IMG/VR virus record: IMGVR_UViG_3300025413_001414
Location: 1-64,000 of that record
DNA: 64,000 nt
Reading direction: 5' to 3' (one strand)
Source of the DNA: a virus
Shown: positions 40,458 through 50,617 of the stretch, piece by piece
How the letters are laid out: every line of letters starts with the position of its first letter
Position numbering within the stretch: position 1 is the first letter of the stretch
The notes under the pieces: generated by a model
The model's database searches: none
Told to the model about the DNA's origin: nothing
The model's input: the letters and a program-made list of their open reading frames with translations, nothing else
Translations under genes and position numbers: made by a program

Positions 40458-40768
40458 AATATTTGATTTAATTTTTGTTCTCTAATATATGATTGATATT
40501 TACTAACTGTATCATTACAATACTTTGAGGTAAATTTCATATCATATTTTATAATATATTTATAATTCTTTTGCTTTTTAAAGAAGCTGTCGTAAAAGTG
40601 TCTCTCTAATTCTTCGATTAATTCACAATTATAAAAAATAAAATGTCTTTCAGAGTGCTTAGAATATTTTATAATTTGTGGAATATCTATTTTTTCATTG
40701 ACAATTATATGCAACAATCCACCATCAAATGTCACATTTACTATCACTATTTCATTTTTAAAACTCAT
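40454..40768 (-). CDS. Small protein with C-terminal tag
   Basis: IREQKLNQIL*. Confidence 0.6.
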   Translation of the reverse strand: MSFKNEIVIVNVTFDGGLLHIIVNEKIDIPQIIKYSKHSERHFIFYNCELIEELERHFYDSFFKKQKNYKYIIKYDMKFTSKYCNDTVSKYQSYIREQKLNQIL

Positions 40769-40770
40769 AA

Positions 40771-41067
40771 CTAATAATCATAGTCGTCATCATCTTCTTG
40801 ATCTTCATCTTCTTCGTCATCATCCTCAGAATAGAACTCCTCATAATCAGGATAATCGATAGCATCATTGTCCTTGAAAAAAAGAATTAAGTCTTTTATT
40901 TCTTTAATATTTAAGCCTACATTTTTGATTTTTATCATTTTGTCATCTTCTTCTAAGATTGTATATTCTATCTTAGAGTCATTTTGTAAATCGTCTAATT
41001 TATCAAATACAACACTTCTATCTTGTGATTCATCTAAGCTATAATATTTGCAAAGTTTCATAAGCAA
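40771..41067 (-). CDS. Hypothetical protein with acidic tail
   Basis: D/E-rich C-terminus. Confidence 0.6.
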   Translation of the reverse strand: MLMKLCKYYSLDESQDRSVVFDKLDDLQNDSKIEYTILEEDDKMIKIKNVGLNIKEIKDLILFFKDNDAIDYPDYEEFYSEDDDEEDEDQEDDDDYDY

Positions 41068-41070
41068 TTT

Positions 41071-41805
41071 TTATTTTTTCAATTTTCTATATATTAAAGT
41101 ATTGGATAAAATTTGTTTATCACTTGAATCTTCCCATTTAGCAGATATCATTAAATTATCACCAATTAAACTAACTGTATAATATCTATTTTTACCAATT
41201 CTGAAAGTGGCATAGTTGTCTTCTATCTTGATAGGTTCAACATCATCATTTTGATTACCATCAAAATTAGTTAGTGTTTTTACAAAATCAAAAGTTTCAT
41301 TTTTTTTGTAGTATTCATTTTTTAAAAGTTTTAAGAATGGATCAACTTCTGGTAAGACTTGATTTTTTCTAACACCAAATACATCTTTCCATTTCATCGC
41401 TATGGTTATGTGAAAATCCTGCTCAGAAAGTCCGTATTTTTTCCTGACTTCTTGTAATTCTTCGGATTTTACTACCACAAAATAAGCACGATTGCCATTT
41501 TTTTCAGCAGTTCCCAAACCAATTAAATTTACATTAAATTCCATACTGAATATATGTTCCAGACTATTTACAAATTTATCTATACCTACTTCTTTGCAAA
41601 GTCTATTATACTCCATAACATTTATCACGGTAATATGATACTTTCCATGATCTCTATTTTTTTGAATATTTATATATTCCTCATATTCATCATTTAAAAT
41701 ATTTTTAAGCTTTTCTAAATATGTGGCTACCATTTCTGGATAAATATTTACACCAATATAATTATTACCTATTGTATCGGTAATATAGGATAGTCTAGTA
41801 TTCAT
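41071..41805 (-). CDS. 2H phosphoesterase (RNA-repair type)
   Basis: Two HxT motifs: YHITV and FHITI. Confidence 0.8.
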   Translation of the reverse strand: MNTRLSYITDTIGNNYIGVNIYPEMVATYLEKLKNILNDEYEEYINIQKNRDHGKYHITVINVMEYNRLCKEVGIDKFVNSLEHIFSMEFNVNLIGLGTAEKNGNRAYFVVVKSEELQEVRKKYGLSEQDFHITIAMKWKDVFGVRKNQVLPEVDPFLKLLKNEYYKKNETFDFVKTLTNFDGNQNDDVEPIKIEDNYATFRIGKNRYYTVSLIGDNLMISAKWEDSSDKQILSNTLIYRKLKK

Positions 41806-41848
41806 AATCTATATATAGTTATTTTTTATTTAAAAAGATAATACAAAA

Positions 41849-41962
41849 ATAATACCATTATCAAGTGCTAAGACAGAAGAAGAGATAGTAAAATTGAACC
41901 ATTATACGAATCTTCAACCACTATGTGGTAAAATAAATAGAGATATCAAAAAGGAAAAATAG
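41849..41962 (+). pseudogene. C-terminal relic of an HNH endonuclease
   Basis: IIPLSSAKTEEEIVKLNHYTNLQPL matches the end of ORF 17670-18524. Confidence 0.7.
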
Positions 41963-41967
41963 TAAAG

Positions 41968-43143
41968 TCATATAATTTCTTTAAATTTTTCAATTTCTAA
42001 TCTCTTTATTTCCTTACCTAATTCAGCACCTTTGAATCCTTGTTTCATTAACTCTTCAGCTGAAACAGATGGTTTGTATTTTATAAAAGCCAAATGAGTT
42101 GCATCATTTATTTGATTTATTTTATACCAATCTAAGATAACTTCATCACTAACTCTCGCAACTGTTCTCTTTTTATACATTTCTGTAACATCATCTACTT
42201 TAAAATCTAAAAGAGATATCAAGAAAACTATCCTTCTAGCCATATCCACTTCAATTTTACAATCTTGAACTAACTTATCTAATATATTTTTGTTTTCTTT
42301 TAACAAATTAGCTAAGTAAACTTCTAAATATTTAGAATCTCTGATATCAGTATTGATTTTAAAGCCAGGTAGAATTTCTTCCCATAATCCGAATTTAGTC
42401 AATAGATTTAAATATTCTGAAAAATCTTTGGCTTGTTTGAAAGCTTTTTTAAGCTCATCCCAAATTCTCTCTTGTGATACATCATCTTTTGGACTTATAC
42501 CTCTTAATCTATTATCTTTTCTTATGGCTTGATCCGTTTTAGAATCAATCTTACCACCAGTTCTTGTGGCAAACCTCAAAATTCTAAGGATTCTTAGACG
42601 ATCTTCTATAAATCTCTTATTAGCATCACCTACTGCTCTAACTATACCATTTTTTATATCATCAACACCACCAACTAAATCAACTATCTGTTTGTTTTTA
42701 ATGTCATAGAATAGAGCATTCATAGTCAGGTCTCTTCTATTACAATCATCTTCAATAGTTACATCACCACCTACTTCAACTTTTTTTTCATCGCCTTTCG
42801 TATCTCTACCACCAGAAATATCCCTTCTATAAGAAGCAATTTCATAACCGCCTGGTTCATCTTTTGTATAGACTCTTAATACACCAAAATTTTTACCTTG
42901 TTCATCAGAAATATTGAATTCTTTTAATATTTCTTTTGATTCATTAGGAAGAGCATTTGTTACCAAATCATAATCTTTTGGTTCTATACCTTGTATGAAA
43001 TCTCTAACTGCACCACCGACTAAAAAGATGTCTTTACCTGCTTTAATATAAGCATTTGATATGTCTATAATATCATTTGGTAGAGGAATTTCTGTTGAGA
43101 TTTTATTCTCATTTATAAATTGTCTATATCTTTTAATTTTCAT
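41968..43143 (-). CDS. cca: Class II tRNA nucleotidyltransferase (CCA-adding-like) with N-terminal tag
   Basis: [35 protein letters not shown]; [12 protein letters not shown]. Confidence 0.88.
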   Translation of the reverse strand: MKIKRYRQFINENKISTEIPLPNDIIDISNAYIKAGKDIFLVGGAVRDFIQGIEPKDYDLVTNALPNESKEILKEFNISDEQGKNFGVLRVYTKDEPGGYEIASYRRDISGGRDTKGDEKKVEVGGDVTIEDDCNRRDLTMNALFYDIKNKQIVDLVGGVDDIKNGIVRAVGDANKRFIEDRLRILRILRFATRTGGKIDSKTDQAIRKDNRLRGISPKDDVSQERIWDELKKAFKQAKDFSEYLNLLTKFGLWEEILPGFKINTDIRDSKYLEVYLANLLKENKNILDKLVQDCKIEVDMARRIVFLISLLDFKVDDVTEMYKKRTVARVSDEVILDWYKINQINDATHLAFIKYKPSVSAEELMKQGFKGAELGKEIKRLEIEKFKEII

Positions 43144-43611
43144 TTTGGTTCATTTTTTTCTTTCTTTCTATCCAAGCAAGTTTCATTTTTAACTTGTGTT
43201 CTTCTGATTTTGGTTTACCTTTTCTTATCTCTGATAGCTTCTTTTTTGTTTCTTCGAATAACTTTTTACCTTTTTTTGATTGAGATAATTTCATTTTTGC
43301 TTCTTCTTACATAGGAATTCCCTTATTCCAAGATTTTGTTCCTTTTTTAGTTTTGGAAATTTTGTCTTTTGTGTTGTTTGAGTGCTTCTTACCATAAAAA
43401 CTATTTTTTTACCTAACTTTGATTCTGATTTCTTTTTCCTAGTATCTTCTGGTTCTATCCTACCTGTCAATGCTTTAGATATTTTACTTTTTGTTTCTTC
43501 TGAAAGAGTGTCGACATATTTTGGATGATTTTGTCCTGCAGATGTTGATCCTATGTAGAATTTAGGTAATTTATCACCACTATAAGTAACTAAGTATGTA
43601 ACATATTTCAT
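43133..43611 (-). pseudogene. Degenerate GIY-YIG/NUMOD3 endonuclease
   Basis: YVTY...FYIGSTS then directly NUMOD3-like SEETKSKIS repeats; core apparently deleted and frameshifted. Confidence 0.7.
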
Positions 43612-43624
43612 ATGTAAATATAAA

Positions 43625-43863
43625 TTAAAATTTTAATATATATAAATTAATTAGTTCTAAAACTTCATCTGGAGTAGCATCAGTGCATAAGTCAAAATCC
43701 TTTGGTCTCTCATTATTTAGAAAGTCTCTAACCGCACCACCTACTACAAACAATTTTTTATGATGTTGTTTGAACAATTGATGTAAATCTTTAACAGATT
43801 GTGTAATAATATTCCACATATCACTTTTACTTTCTAAAAATTCATTGTATTTAGTATTATCAT
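43625..43863 (-). pseudogene. N-terminal fragment of a second nucleotidyltransferase
   Basis: [24 protein letters not shown] then stops; ATG at 43863 is one base out of frame with TKYNEFLES. Confidence 0.8.
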
Positions 43864-43952
43864 CTTGCAAATGTAGTCAAAATTTTAATATATATGGACA
43901 AAGAAGATCAGGTCGTGGATATTTTAATGGTGTAAAAACTAATATATAAGTA

Positions 43953-44195
43953 ATGAGACATATAAAACTATTTGAGGATTTTAAACAAAAAAATATCACA
44001 ACTGATGATATAATTGAATGTATAAATAATGGTGGAGTTTTATATGCAACTATTATTAAAAATTTTCCAGATAATGATCCAGAAATACCATTAAATCCAG
44101 TAAGTGTGGATAATGAAGGAACAGTAACGGTAGAATTAGATGGGAAAAACTATGAGGTTGAATTAAGACATGTAGATAAAATAGAGTGGAGATAA
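43953..44195 (+). CDS. Small protein with N-terminal tag
   Basis: MRHIKLFEDF; TAATATATA upstream. Confidence 0.7.
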   Translation: MRHIKLFEDFKQKNITTDDIIECINNGGVLYATIIKNFPDNDPEIPLNPVSVDNEGTVTVELDGKNYEVELRHVDKIEWR

Positions 44196-44217
44196 TAATA
44201 AAAATAATAAATTAAAT

Positions 44218-44565
44218 ATGGAACTTTTAACTAAATCTGGTGGTTCAGTTGAGCTTGTTGTAAGTAAATCGAGTTTAATTGGAACGAGATTAATATTAAA
44301 TATAGACCAAAGTGCTAACATCAAAAATGGTGAAGGTGAGGCAGCAATTGCTTTAACCTCGGATGAATGTAAAGAATTGATAGCTGGTCTAAATGAATTT
44401 ATTAGATTATTAGAAGGTCAGGATTACGTGCTTACTGCAAAAAGTGTAGTTGATTTAATAGCTCAACCTGAAGTACAAGAAGTTATGAAAAAGTTAGAAG
44501 ATGAAGGTAAGATTAAAAAATTAGAAATAAAAGAAGTACCATTAAGCGCTAGATTAATGAGATAA
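44218..44565 (+). CDS. Hypothetical protein
   Basis: 115-aa ORF. Confidence 0.6.
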   Translation: MELLTKSGGSVELVVSKSSLIGTRLILNIDQSANIKNGEGEAAIALTSDECKELIAGLNEFIRLLEGQDYVLTAKSVVDLIAQPEVQEVMKKLEDEGKIKKLEIKEVPLSARLMR

Positions 44566-44568
44566 CTG

Positions 44569-45261
44569 TTAAATTAATATTTTTTCAATCTTTTCATTCC
44601 TTAACTCAGCCATATCTATATCCCAATCACGTAAATAAGAGTGAGGTAGATGATCCCTAAATGATGGTATGAGTTTAGTCCAACGCTCATCTAAAGATGA
44701 ATATTCAAATCTTGCATTAAAGATAAATGAATGATATGGTATCTCAAAATCTTTATAAAAATCATCTAAGAAATTAACAAACTCTTCCAATATTTTTTGT
44801 TCTGAATCATAGTTTTCATTTTCATCATCAACCAATCCCAATTGACTATTTGGAGTATAAAAAGTTACTTCATCACGAACATCATCTAAGACATGTGAAT
44901 TACCAAAAGGTCTTTTATAACACATCATAATTGCATTATCTTTATAATCATCAAAGTCAAGGTATAAAAAACGAAGTAATCCCATATGATAATCCTTGAT
45001 ATTATGTTTATCTAAAGTGGATTGAGAGGGTTTACCTATCATACTAATGAACTGCATGCAAACAAATAAACGAGAGAGTTCTTCTATGTCTTTAATATGC
45101 GGATTATCTGATAGCTTCCAAACAAGTTGAGGACTATAATAGCTTGATTCTGATTTGCTAGAGACCAAACTATTTATCTTCTCAATATCACTATCTGTAA
45201 TAGAGAATTTTTGGTCTTTGACCAGTCCGTAATTTCCGTAAAAATAAGCTGAATTATACAT
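44569..45261 (-). CDS. Hypothetical protein with C-terminal tag
   Basis: LRNEKIEKILI*. Confidence 0.65.
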   Translation of the reverse strand: MYNSAYFYGNYGLVKDQKFSITDSDIEKINSLVSSKSESSYYSPQLVWKLSDNPHIKDIEELSRLFVCMQFISMIGKPSQSTLDKHNIKDYHMGLLRFLYLDFDDYKDNAIMMCYKRPFGNSHVLDDVRDEVTFYTPNSQLGLVDDENENYDSEQKILEEFVNFLDDFYKDFEIPYHSFIFNARFEYSSLDERWTKLIPSFRDHLPHSYLRDWDIDMAELRNEKIEKILI

Positions 45262-45275
45262 AAATTTTATTTAAA

Positions 45276-45470
45276 AACAACAGCCCCGTTACGGTAGTAA
45301 TCAGAGGTCCGGTCTTGTCGAAAGATAATTAGTCTTCCCCAGGTTAACCTGACTAAATCTGTTTAGACATCAGTGTAACGACTGACCAAAGTGAGTTTCA
45401 CTACCTACAAAGCTTTAAAACGGAGTATGAATCCCGTTGCATCATTGTTGTCCTACAGATAACTGTTGTT
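45276..45470 (-). ncRNA. Unassigned structured RNA (~195 nt)
   Basis: GC-richer intergenic island; terminal stem AACAACAGUU/GGCUGUUGUU; GGUAGUGA/UUACUACC; several internal hairpins; TATATTTG promoter immediately upstream (45475-82). Confidence 0.65.
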
Positions 45471-45498
45471 ATCACAAATATACAAAATTAAATGAAAT

Positions 45499-45529
45499 AA
45501 AAAAATAGGAACCGAAGTTCCTATTTTTT
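45499..45529 (-). terminator. Intrinsic terminator after the VWA gene
   Basis: AAAAAATAGGAAC-CGAA-GTTCCTATTTTT (UUCG loop on the - strand). Confidence 0.8.
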
Positions 45530-47048
45530 ACTTATCATCATTTTCCAAAACAATCTGTTTTACTTTACCATTTGAACGAGCGATTGGAACTTTAGTACCA
45601 ACAGATATCATCAAGACATTACCTTTAACTTTTGACAAATCAAGTGAGTCAGTATAACCATCTGTTAACAGAATTGTTGCGTATTGGTTGAAGTGTTCTA
45701 CTACATAGTCAAATCCAGTTTGCATTATTGTACCTCCAAGTCCGCGAATTGGAACTTTATCCAATCCTTTCTTATTCTTGATATTTTTAACCCATTTGAT
45801 TTCAGTATCACTTTCAATCAAATTGATTTCAATATCGTTACGATATACATAAGAAAGAACTCTTTCAAAAGTGCCAGATCCACCCATACTTCCTGATGTA
45901 TCAAGAATAACGTTAATCTTTGTTTTAATCTTACGGTTACCTTTCAAACCAGGCACTTGACGACGATTAGGTTTAACAATAGTCTTTTGTTTTTTAGTAC
46001 CAAAGATTTCATTAGCGATTGAACGCTTGATATGTTTCAAATAATCTTTCCTTTTCTTACGAAGCTTATTCAAAGTCTGTTCGATGTTTCCTACTTGAAG
46101 GCCACGAGCCTGTAATCTTTCCATCACATCTTTTACCATAGACTCTCTCATTTCCTCCGGAATTTCATCACCCATGTGGACGTCCATGTATTGACCTTGA
46201 GTATTCTCCATGTTGTCAAAGATTTGATCCAATGACCAAGTATCAATAGTTCCTTTGTCATTTTTCGGATCTTTACCATAAGGGCCATAAGAAGATTTAC
46301 CTTGAGAATCTTTACCATCTTGACCACCACTTCCACCACAATCTGGACAAGGTTCGCCTTTACCATGTTGATGACCTTGACCATTTTGATTCTGACCATT
46401 CTGATCTTGTTGACCATCTTGACCACTCTGACCTTGACCATCTTGTGGCTGAGCTTCACCTTGATCTTGTTGAGGTTGACCTTGTTGATTCTTTTGACCC
46501 TCTTGTTTTTGACCAGTACCGTTACAAGTCTTACACTGGCCGTTTTTCTTTTGTTTCTTTTTGTGCTCGTCTTGTTTATCACGAAGCCACTCATAAACTT
46601 CTTCAAAGATTAATTTACCAGTATATTCTTTAGGAATAAACAAAGCCATGTTCTTACCATTTTCATCCTTAGGAATTTCAATGAAAGAATTTGGAATATC
46701 TTCCCAGATGATATGATTGATAATCATATCTTGAGCGATATTAGAAAGTTGATGGTCGTATTGACCAGTAATAGTACGTTTAGGGTGATTCCACAAAAGG
46801 TGGAAATCTTCGTGTAGAGTAATGAAGTTAACCTCTTTTTGAGACATCTTCTCCAAGAACTCTGAATTGTAATAGAATTGCATACCCTTTGCAGTCATAT
46901 TTACACCACAAGTAGGTACTGCTTTATTATTTTCGTGGAAGTTAATGAAAAGATTGAACGTTCCATAATATGGTAGGTTCACTTTTGTATCAATCAACAT
47001 AATCTGTATAGATTCCATTAATTTCTCGTGAATGTTCTTTAATTGCAT
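45528..47048 (-). CDS. DUF2201-type metallopeptidase + VWA protein (MoxR partner)
   Basis: LHEDFH (HExxH), NIAQD..IN; DTSGS, GGT, LTDGY MIDAS motifs; promoter at 47072-79. Confidence 0.87.
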   Translation of the reverse strand: MQLKNIHEKLMESIQIMLIDTKVNLPYYGTFNLFINFHENNKAVPTCGVNMTAKGMQFYYNSEFLEKMSQKEVNFITLHEDFHLLWNHPKRTITGQYDHQLSNIAQDMIINHIIWEDIPNSFIEIPKDENGKNMALFIPKEYTGKLIFEEVYEWLRDKQDEHKKKQKKNGQCKTCNGTGQKQEGQKNQQGQPQQDQGEAQPQDGQGQSGQDGQQDQNGQNQNGQGHQHGKGEPCPDCGGSGGQDGKDSQGKSSYGPYGKDPKNDKGTIDTWSLDQIFDNMENTQGQYMDVHMGDEIPEEMRESMVKDVMERLQARGLQVGNIEQTLNKLRKKRKDYLKHIKRSIANEIFGTKKQKTIVKPNRRQVPGLKGNRKIKTKINVILDTSGSMGGSGTFERVLSYVYRNDIEINLIESDTEIKWVKNIKNKKGLDKVPIRGLGGTIMQTGFDYVVEHFNQYATILLTDGYTDSLDLSKVKGNVLMISVGTKVPIARSNGKVKQIVLENDDK

Positions 47049-47180
47049 ACGGTATATATTATTTATTTATACAAAGATACAAAATATTTATGAAACTAAA
47101 AAATATTTTACTTAAAAGTCAACTTTACATATTAGGGATAATGTAATTATCCATATATAGATATAAACAAAGTTAATAAA

Positions 47181-49016
47181 ATGGTATTAGATAAAAAAAT
47201 AAAAGTTAAAATAAACAAAAAAAATATTTCACATTATATTCAATTTTATCCATCAATAAAATTAAAGGATATTATTGAGGTTGATGTTGAGAATCATTTA
47301 ATGAAAGGAAGTAATCAAAAAATAAACGTCCAATGTGATATCTGTGGAATTGCTAGGTTTATAAATTTCCAATCATATAATATTAATTTAAATTCTTGCC
47401 CGGAATATCCAATTTATACTTGTGATAAATGTTCTCATATTAAAATAAAAGAGTATAATAAGAAAAAATATGGCGTAGAATATTATTCAAAAACTAAGGA
47501 ATATTCAGAAAAGTTTAAGAGTACAATGATTGAAAAATATGGAGTAGAATATGCTTTACAAAGTGATGAATTAAAAAAAAGGCAAATAAATAATAATTTA
47601 GAAAAATATGGTAAAAAAAATGTTTTTCAAGTTGATAAAATTAAAGATAAAATTAAAGAGTATAATAAGGAGAAATATGGTGTAGAACATTATTCAAAAA
47701 CTAAGGAATATTCAGAAAAGTTTAAGAACATAATGATTGAAAAACATGGGGTTGAAAGTCCACTTCAAGGTGGGAGTGTCTCAAGAGAAAAGGCTAAAAA
47801 TACGATGTTAAATAAATATGGAGTTGATGTATATGCAAAAAGTAGTGAATTTTTAGAAAAGGTTAAAATAACCAATATGAAAAAATATGGAGTTGAGTGG
47901 ATAATGAAATCAGATATTTTTAAAGACAAAAGCAAAAAATCTATTAAAAATAGATATGGTGTTGATAATATAGCTAAATACGAGAAGCATAGAAAGGATT
48001 TTAAAATATCTAACGATCCAAATTATATAAAATATGTAAACGAAGGCATATCGCTATTAAAATGTAACAAAGGACATGAATTTGAGATACCATCACATAT
48101 CTATTATAATAGAAGTAAATATAAAATAAATTTATGTACAATGTGTAATCCAGTTGGCGAAAGTTCATCTATAAAGGAAAACGAACTATTTGATTTTATA
48201 TGCAATAACTATAGAGGAGAAATAATAAATTCATATAGGGATAAAAAGGAAATTGATATTTATTTACCAGAATTAAAATTAGGATTTGAATTTAATGGAT
48301 TATTCTGGCATTCAGAATTATATAAGGAAAAAAACTATCACTTAGATAAAACAATTTTATTTAAGGACAAAGGTATAAGCTTATTTCATGTATGGGAGGA
48401 TGATTGGATGTATAAACAGGATATAGTTAAATCGATGATTTTAAACAAATTAGGTGAAACTCCTAGTAGAATATTTGCTAGAAAATGTGAAATTAAAGAA
48501 GTTACTGATAGTAAATTAGTTAGATATTTCCTAAATAAAAATCATATTCAAGGATTTGTTGGATCAAAAATAAAATTAGGGTTATATTATAATGACGAAT
48601 TAGTTAGCTTAATGACATTCGGTAATTTACGAAGATCTTTAGGCCAAAAAAGCAGTGAAGGATCATATGAATTATTAAGATTCTGCAACAAATTAAATAC
48701 CAATGTTATTGGTGGTGCTTCTAAATTACTCAAATATTTTTTAAAATTTAATAATGTCAGGGAAATTATTAGTTATAGTGATTTAAGTAGATCTAATGGT
48801 AATATGTATCAACAATTAGGATTTAAATTACAACATAATTCTAATCCTAATTATTATTACATTATTGGTGGTATTAGAAAACATAGATTTGGATTTAGAA
48901 AAGATGAATTAGTTAAGGATGGATTTGATCCGAATAAAACTGAAATTCAAATAATGAATGAAAGAGGTTATTATAGGATTTTTGATTGTGGAATGCAAAA
49001 ATGGGTATTAAATTAG
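47181..49016 (+). CDS. Hef-like endonuclease: 8 KYG repeats + PD-(D/E)XK + Mom/GNAT-like
   Basis: EIDIYLPELKLGFEFNGLFWH, VWEDDW, NHIQG, YELLRFC, GGASKL. Confidence 0.78.
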   Translation: MVLDKKIKVKINKKNISHYIQFYPSIKLKDIIEVDVENHLMKGSNQKINVQCDICGIARFINFQSYNINLNSCPEYPIYTCDKCSHIKIKEYNKKKYGVEYYSKTKEYSEKFKSTMIEKYGVEYALQSDELKKRQINNNLEKYGKKNVFQVDKIKDKIKEYNKEKYGVEHYSKTKEYSEKFKNIMIEKHGVESPLQGGSVSREKAKNTMLNKYGVDVYAKSSEFLEKVKITNMKKYGVEWIMKSDIFKDKSKKSIKNRYGVDNIAKYEKHRKDFKISNDPNYIKYVNEGISLLKCNKGHEFEIPSHIYYNRSKYKINLCTMCNPVGESSSIKENELFDFICNNYRGEIINSYRDKKEIDIYLPELKLGFEFNGLFWHSELYKEKNYHLDKTILFKDKGISLFHVWEDDWMYKQDIVKSMILNKLGETPSRIFARKCEIKEVTDSKLVRYFLNKNHIQGFVGSKIKLGLYYNDELVSLMTFGNLRRSLGQKSSEGSYELLRFCNKLNTNVIGGASKLLKYFLKFNNVREIISYSDLSRSNGNMYQQLGFKLQHNSNPNYYYIIGGIRKHRFGFRKDELVKDGFDPNKTEIQIMNERGYYRIFDCGMQKWVLN

Positions 49017-49043
49017 ACTTGAATTTACAATTCAATAATCCAG

Positions 49044-49403
49044 TCAAGCCCAGCCTGAATCCAACGTTTCATTTTCCACTACTGATTTAGCCGATATGAA
49101 ATCATTATTTTTTAAATATGACTTGATTTTATCTAAATTTTGAGGAGTAATCCATTTTATAAATATTGTTGAATTACGATGTGAATTATAACGACTACGA
49201 AGGTCGAAACTTGTAATTTTACTAATTAAATTTTCCAAGCCTTCGGTGGTTTCCCAATCACTACAAACATTATAACCCTCTAAACCTAAATCATCATAGA
49301 TACCAAGAATTAATATGTAATTTTTATGAAATTCAACTTGCTCAGGGGTTCTTAATAGAACTGAAATTGAAATATCTCTCTTGATTGGAGTTAGTGTATC
49401 CAT
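49044..49403 (-). CDS. Hypothetical protein, probably leaderless
   Basis: ATG 4 nt downstream of TATCTTTG (49408-15). Confidence 0.6.
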   Translation of the reverse strand: MDTLTPIKRDISISVLLRTPEQVEFHKNYILILGIYDDLGLEGYNVCSDWETTEGLENLISKITSFDLRSRYNSHRNSTIFIKWITPQNLDKIKSYLKNNDFISAKSVVENETLDSGWA

Positions 49404-49415
49404 CTCACAAAGATA

Positions 49416-49982
49416 CTAAACTTTTTTGAAACCACCAAATTCAATAATCCAGTAGTTCCAACCTATCATAATCATCGAGTGTATTGTTTCTGATATAGCC
49501 ATACCATGAAAAAATTTAATAACTGATAGAGGTAATAACACCATCACTATTGAAAATATTAAATTAGTTTTCCAAACTCTTAATGGAATTTTGTTGTAGT
49601 TAAAATGTGCAAAAAGAAAAATAGCTAGTGGATATCCAAAAAAATAATACACAGCTAATATATTGTGTATGTAATATCTCATACTAAATAATCCAACTAA
49701 AAAAAGAGAAGCGTTGAGTGATATGAAAAATAAAATAATCAATTTTTTAAATACAAGATTATTAAAAGAATTTATATAAGTATAGACATTATACATCATT
49801 GATATTGATAGTATAATAAGTGAAGCATTCCATATCCAAGGATGACTTGATTTTGTTCCCCAATATGAAAGTTGTATATCTGTAAATTTAAAATTAGCAG
49901 TAAAGAAAAAGTATAAAAATATAGCAAAGAATACCACAGTAGAAAATACTACTTGCAACATTCTAATTTTTTTGAGGTACAT
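49416..49982 (-). CDS. Multi-pass membrane protein (DUF998-like)
   Basis: About six TM helices, LSYWG, IHNILA..YF. Confidence 0.65.
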   Translation of the reverse strand: MYLKKIRMLQVVFSTVVFFAIFLYFFFTANFKFTDIQLSYWGTKSSHPWIWNASLIILSISMMYNVYTYINSFNNLVFKKLIILFFISLNASLFLVGLFSMRYYIHNILAVYYFFGYPLAIFLFAHFNYNKIPLRVWKTNLIFSIVMVLLPLSVIKFFHGMAISETIHSMIMIGWNYWIIEFGGFKKV

Positions 49983-49998
49983 TAATTCCTTATTTTAA

Positions 49999-50613
49999 TT
50001 ATAATTTAATTTTAATAGTGTTACCAGAAAATGAAATATATTCAATTCCTAGGTTTTTTACTTCTGCTTCTAAATTGAATTTATCAACCATACTCAATCC
50101 ATTATTTTTATAAACAATAGATTTTTCAGGCTTGTCACCTTCAAGAGAATACTTAGATTCTTCTATTAATTTTTCTTCAATTTGAAATCTTTTGAAAATA
50201 CCCTCAAGCTTCTTTTCTAATTCTTCTTTTTCTTCATCAGTTGCTGCAGATTCATTAATTAATTCAAAAAGTGAATCTAATCTTTCAAAGTATTCGCTTT
50301 CCATCATTTTCTTGGTAAGAATCTCATGAATATCATTTGCAACATTATCAATTAAAGATACTCTTTCAATTTTATCAGAATTTTCATTTAAAGGATTGGT
50401 AAGGTAATTCCACTTAACAAAATTACCATTCAAGTCCTTTTTAGAAATTTCTACTTTAACAGTAGCTTCTTTTTTCTCACCAAGATACTGAACATAGTCA
50501 GTAGCATTGATTTCGAAATAAAAATCTCCTTTTCTATTCTTTTCGGAAATTTCAACCTGACTGAAAAGATTTTTTAAATTAAAATCTATTTTGTTGATGT
50601 TTTCTTTAATCAT
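49999..50613 (-). CDS. Hypothetical protein
   Basis: 204 aa. Confidence 0.65.
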   Translation of the reverse strand: MIKENINKIDFNLKNLFSQVEISEKNRKGDFYFEINATDYVQYLGEKKEATVKVEISKKDLNGNFVKWNYLTNPLNENSDKIERVSLIDNVANDIHEILTKKMMESEYFERLDSLFELINESAATDEEKEELEKKLEGIFKRFQIEEKLIEESKYSLEGDKPEKSIVYKNNGLSMVDKFNLEAEVKNLGIEYISFSGNTIKIKL

Positions 50614-50617
50614 ATAA

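Noticed and set aside
45276-45470. tmRNA, SRP RNA or a self-cleaving ribozyme
   Set aside because: No tag ORF or CCA end, no AGCAG of SRP domain IV, and no hammerhead or twister core found by eye.
46148-46633. Overlapping ORFs within the VWA gene, and similar shadow ORFs elsewhere (1104, 15558, 16333, 17975, 36461, 52246, 62880, 63612)
   Set aside because: Alternative-frame or antisense shadows of well-supported genes or low-complexity regions.
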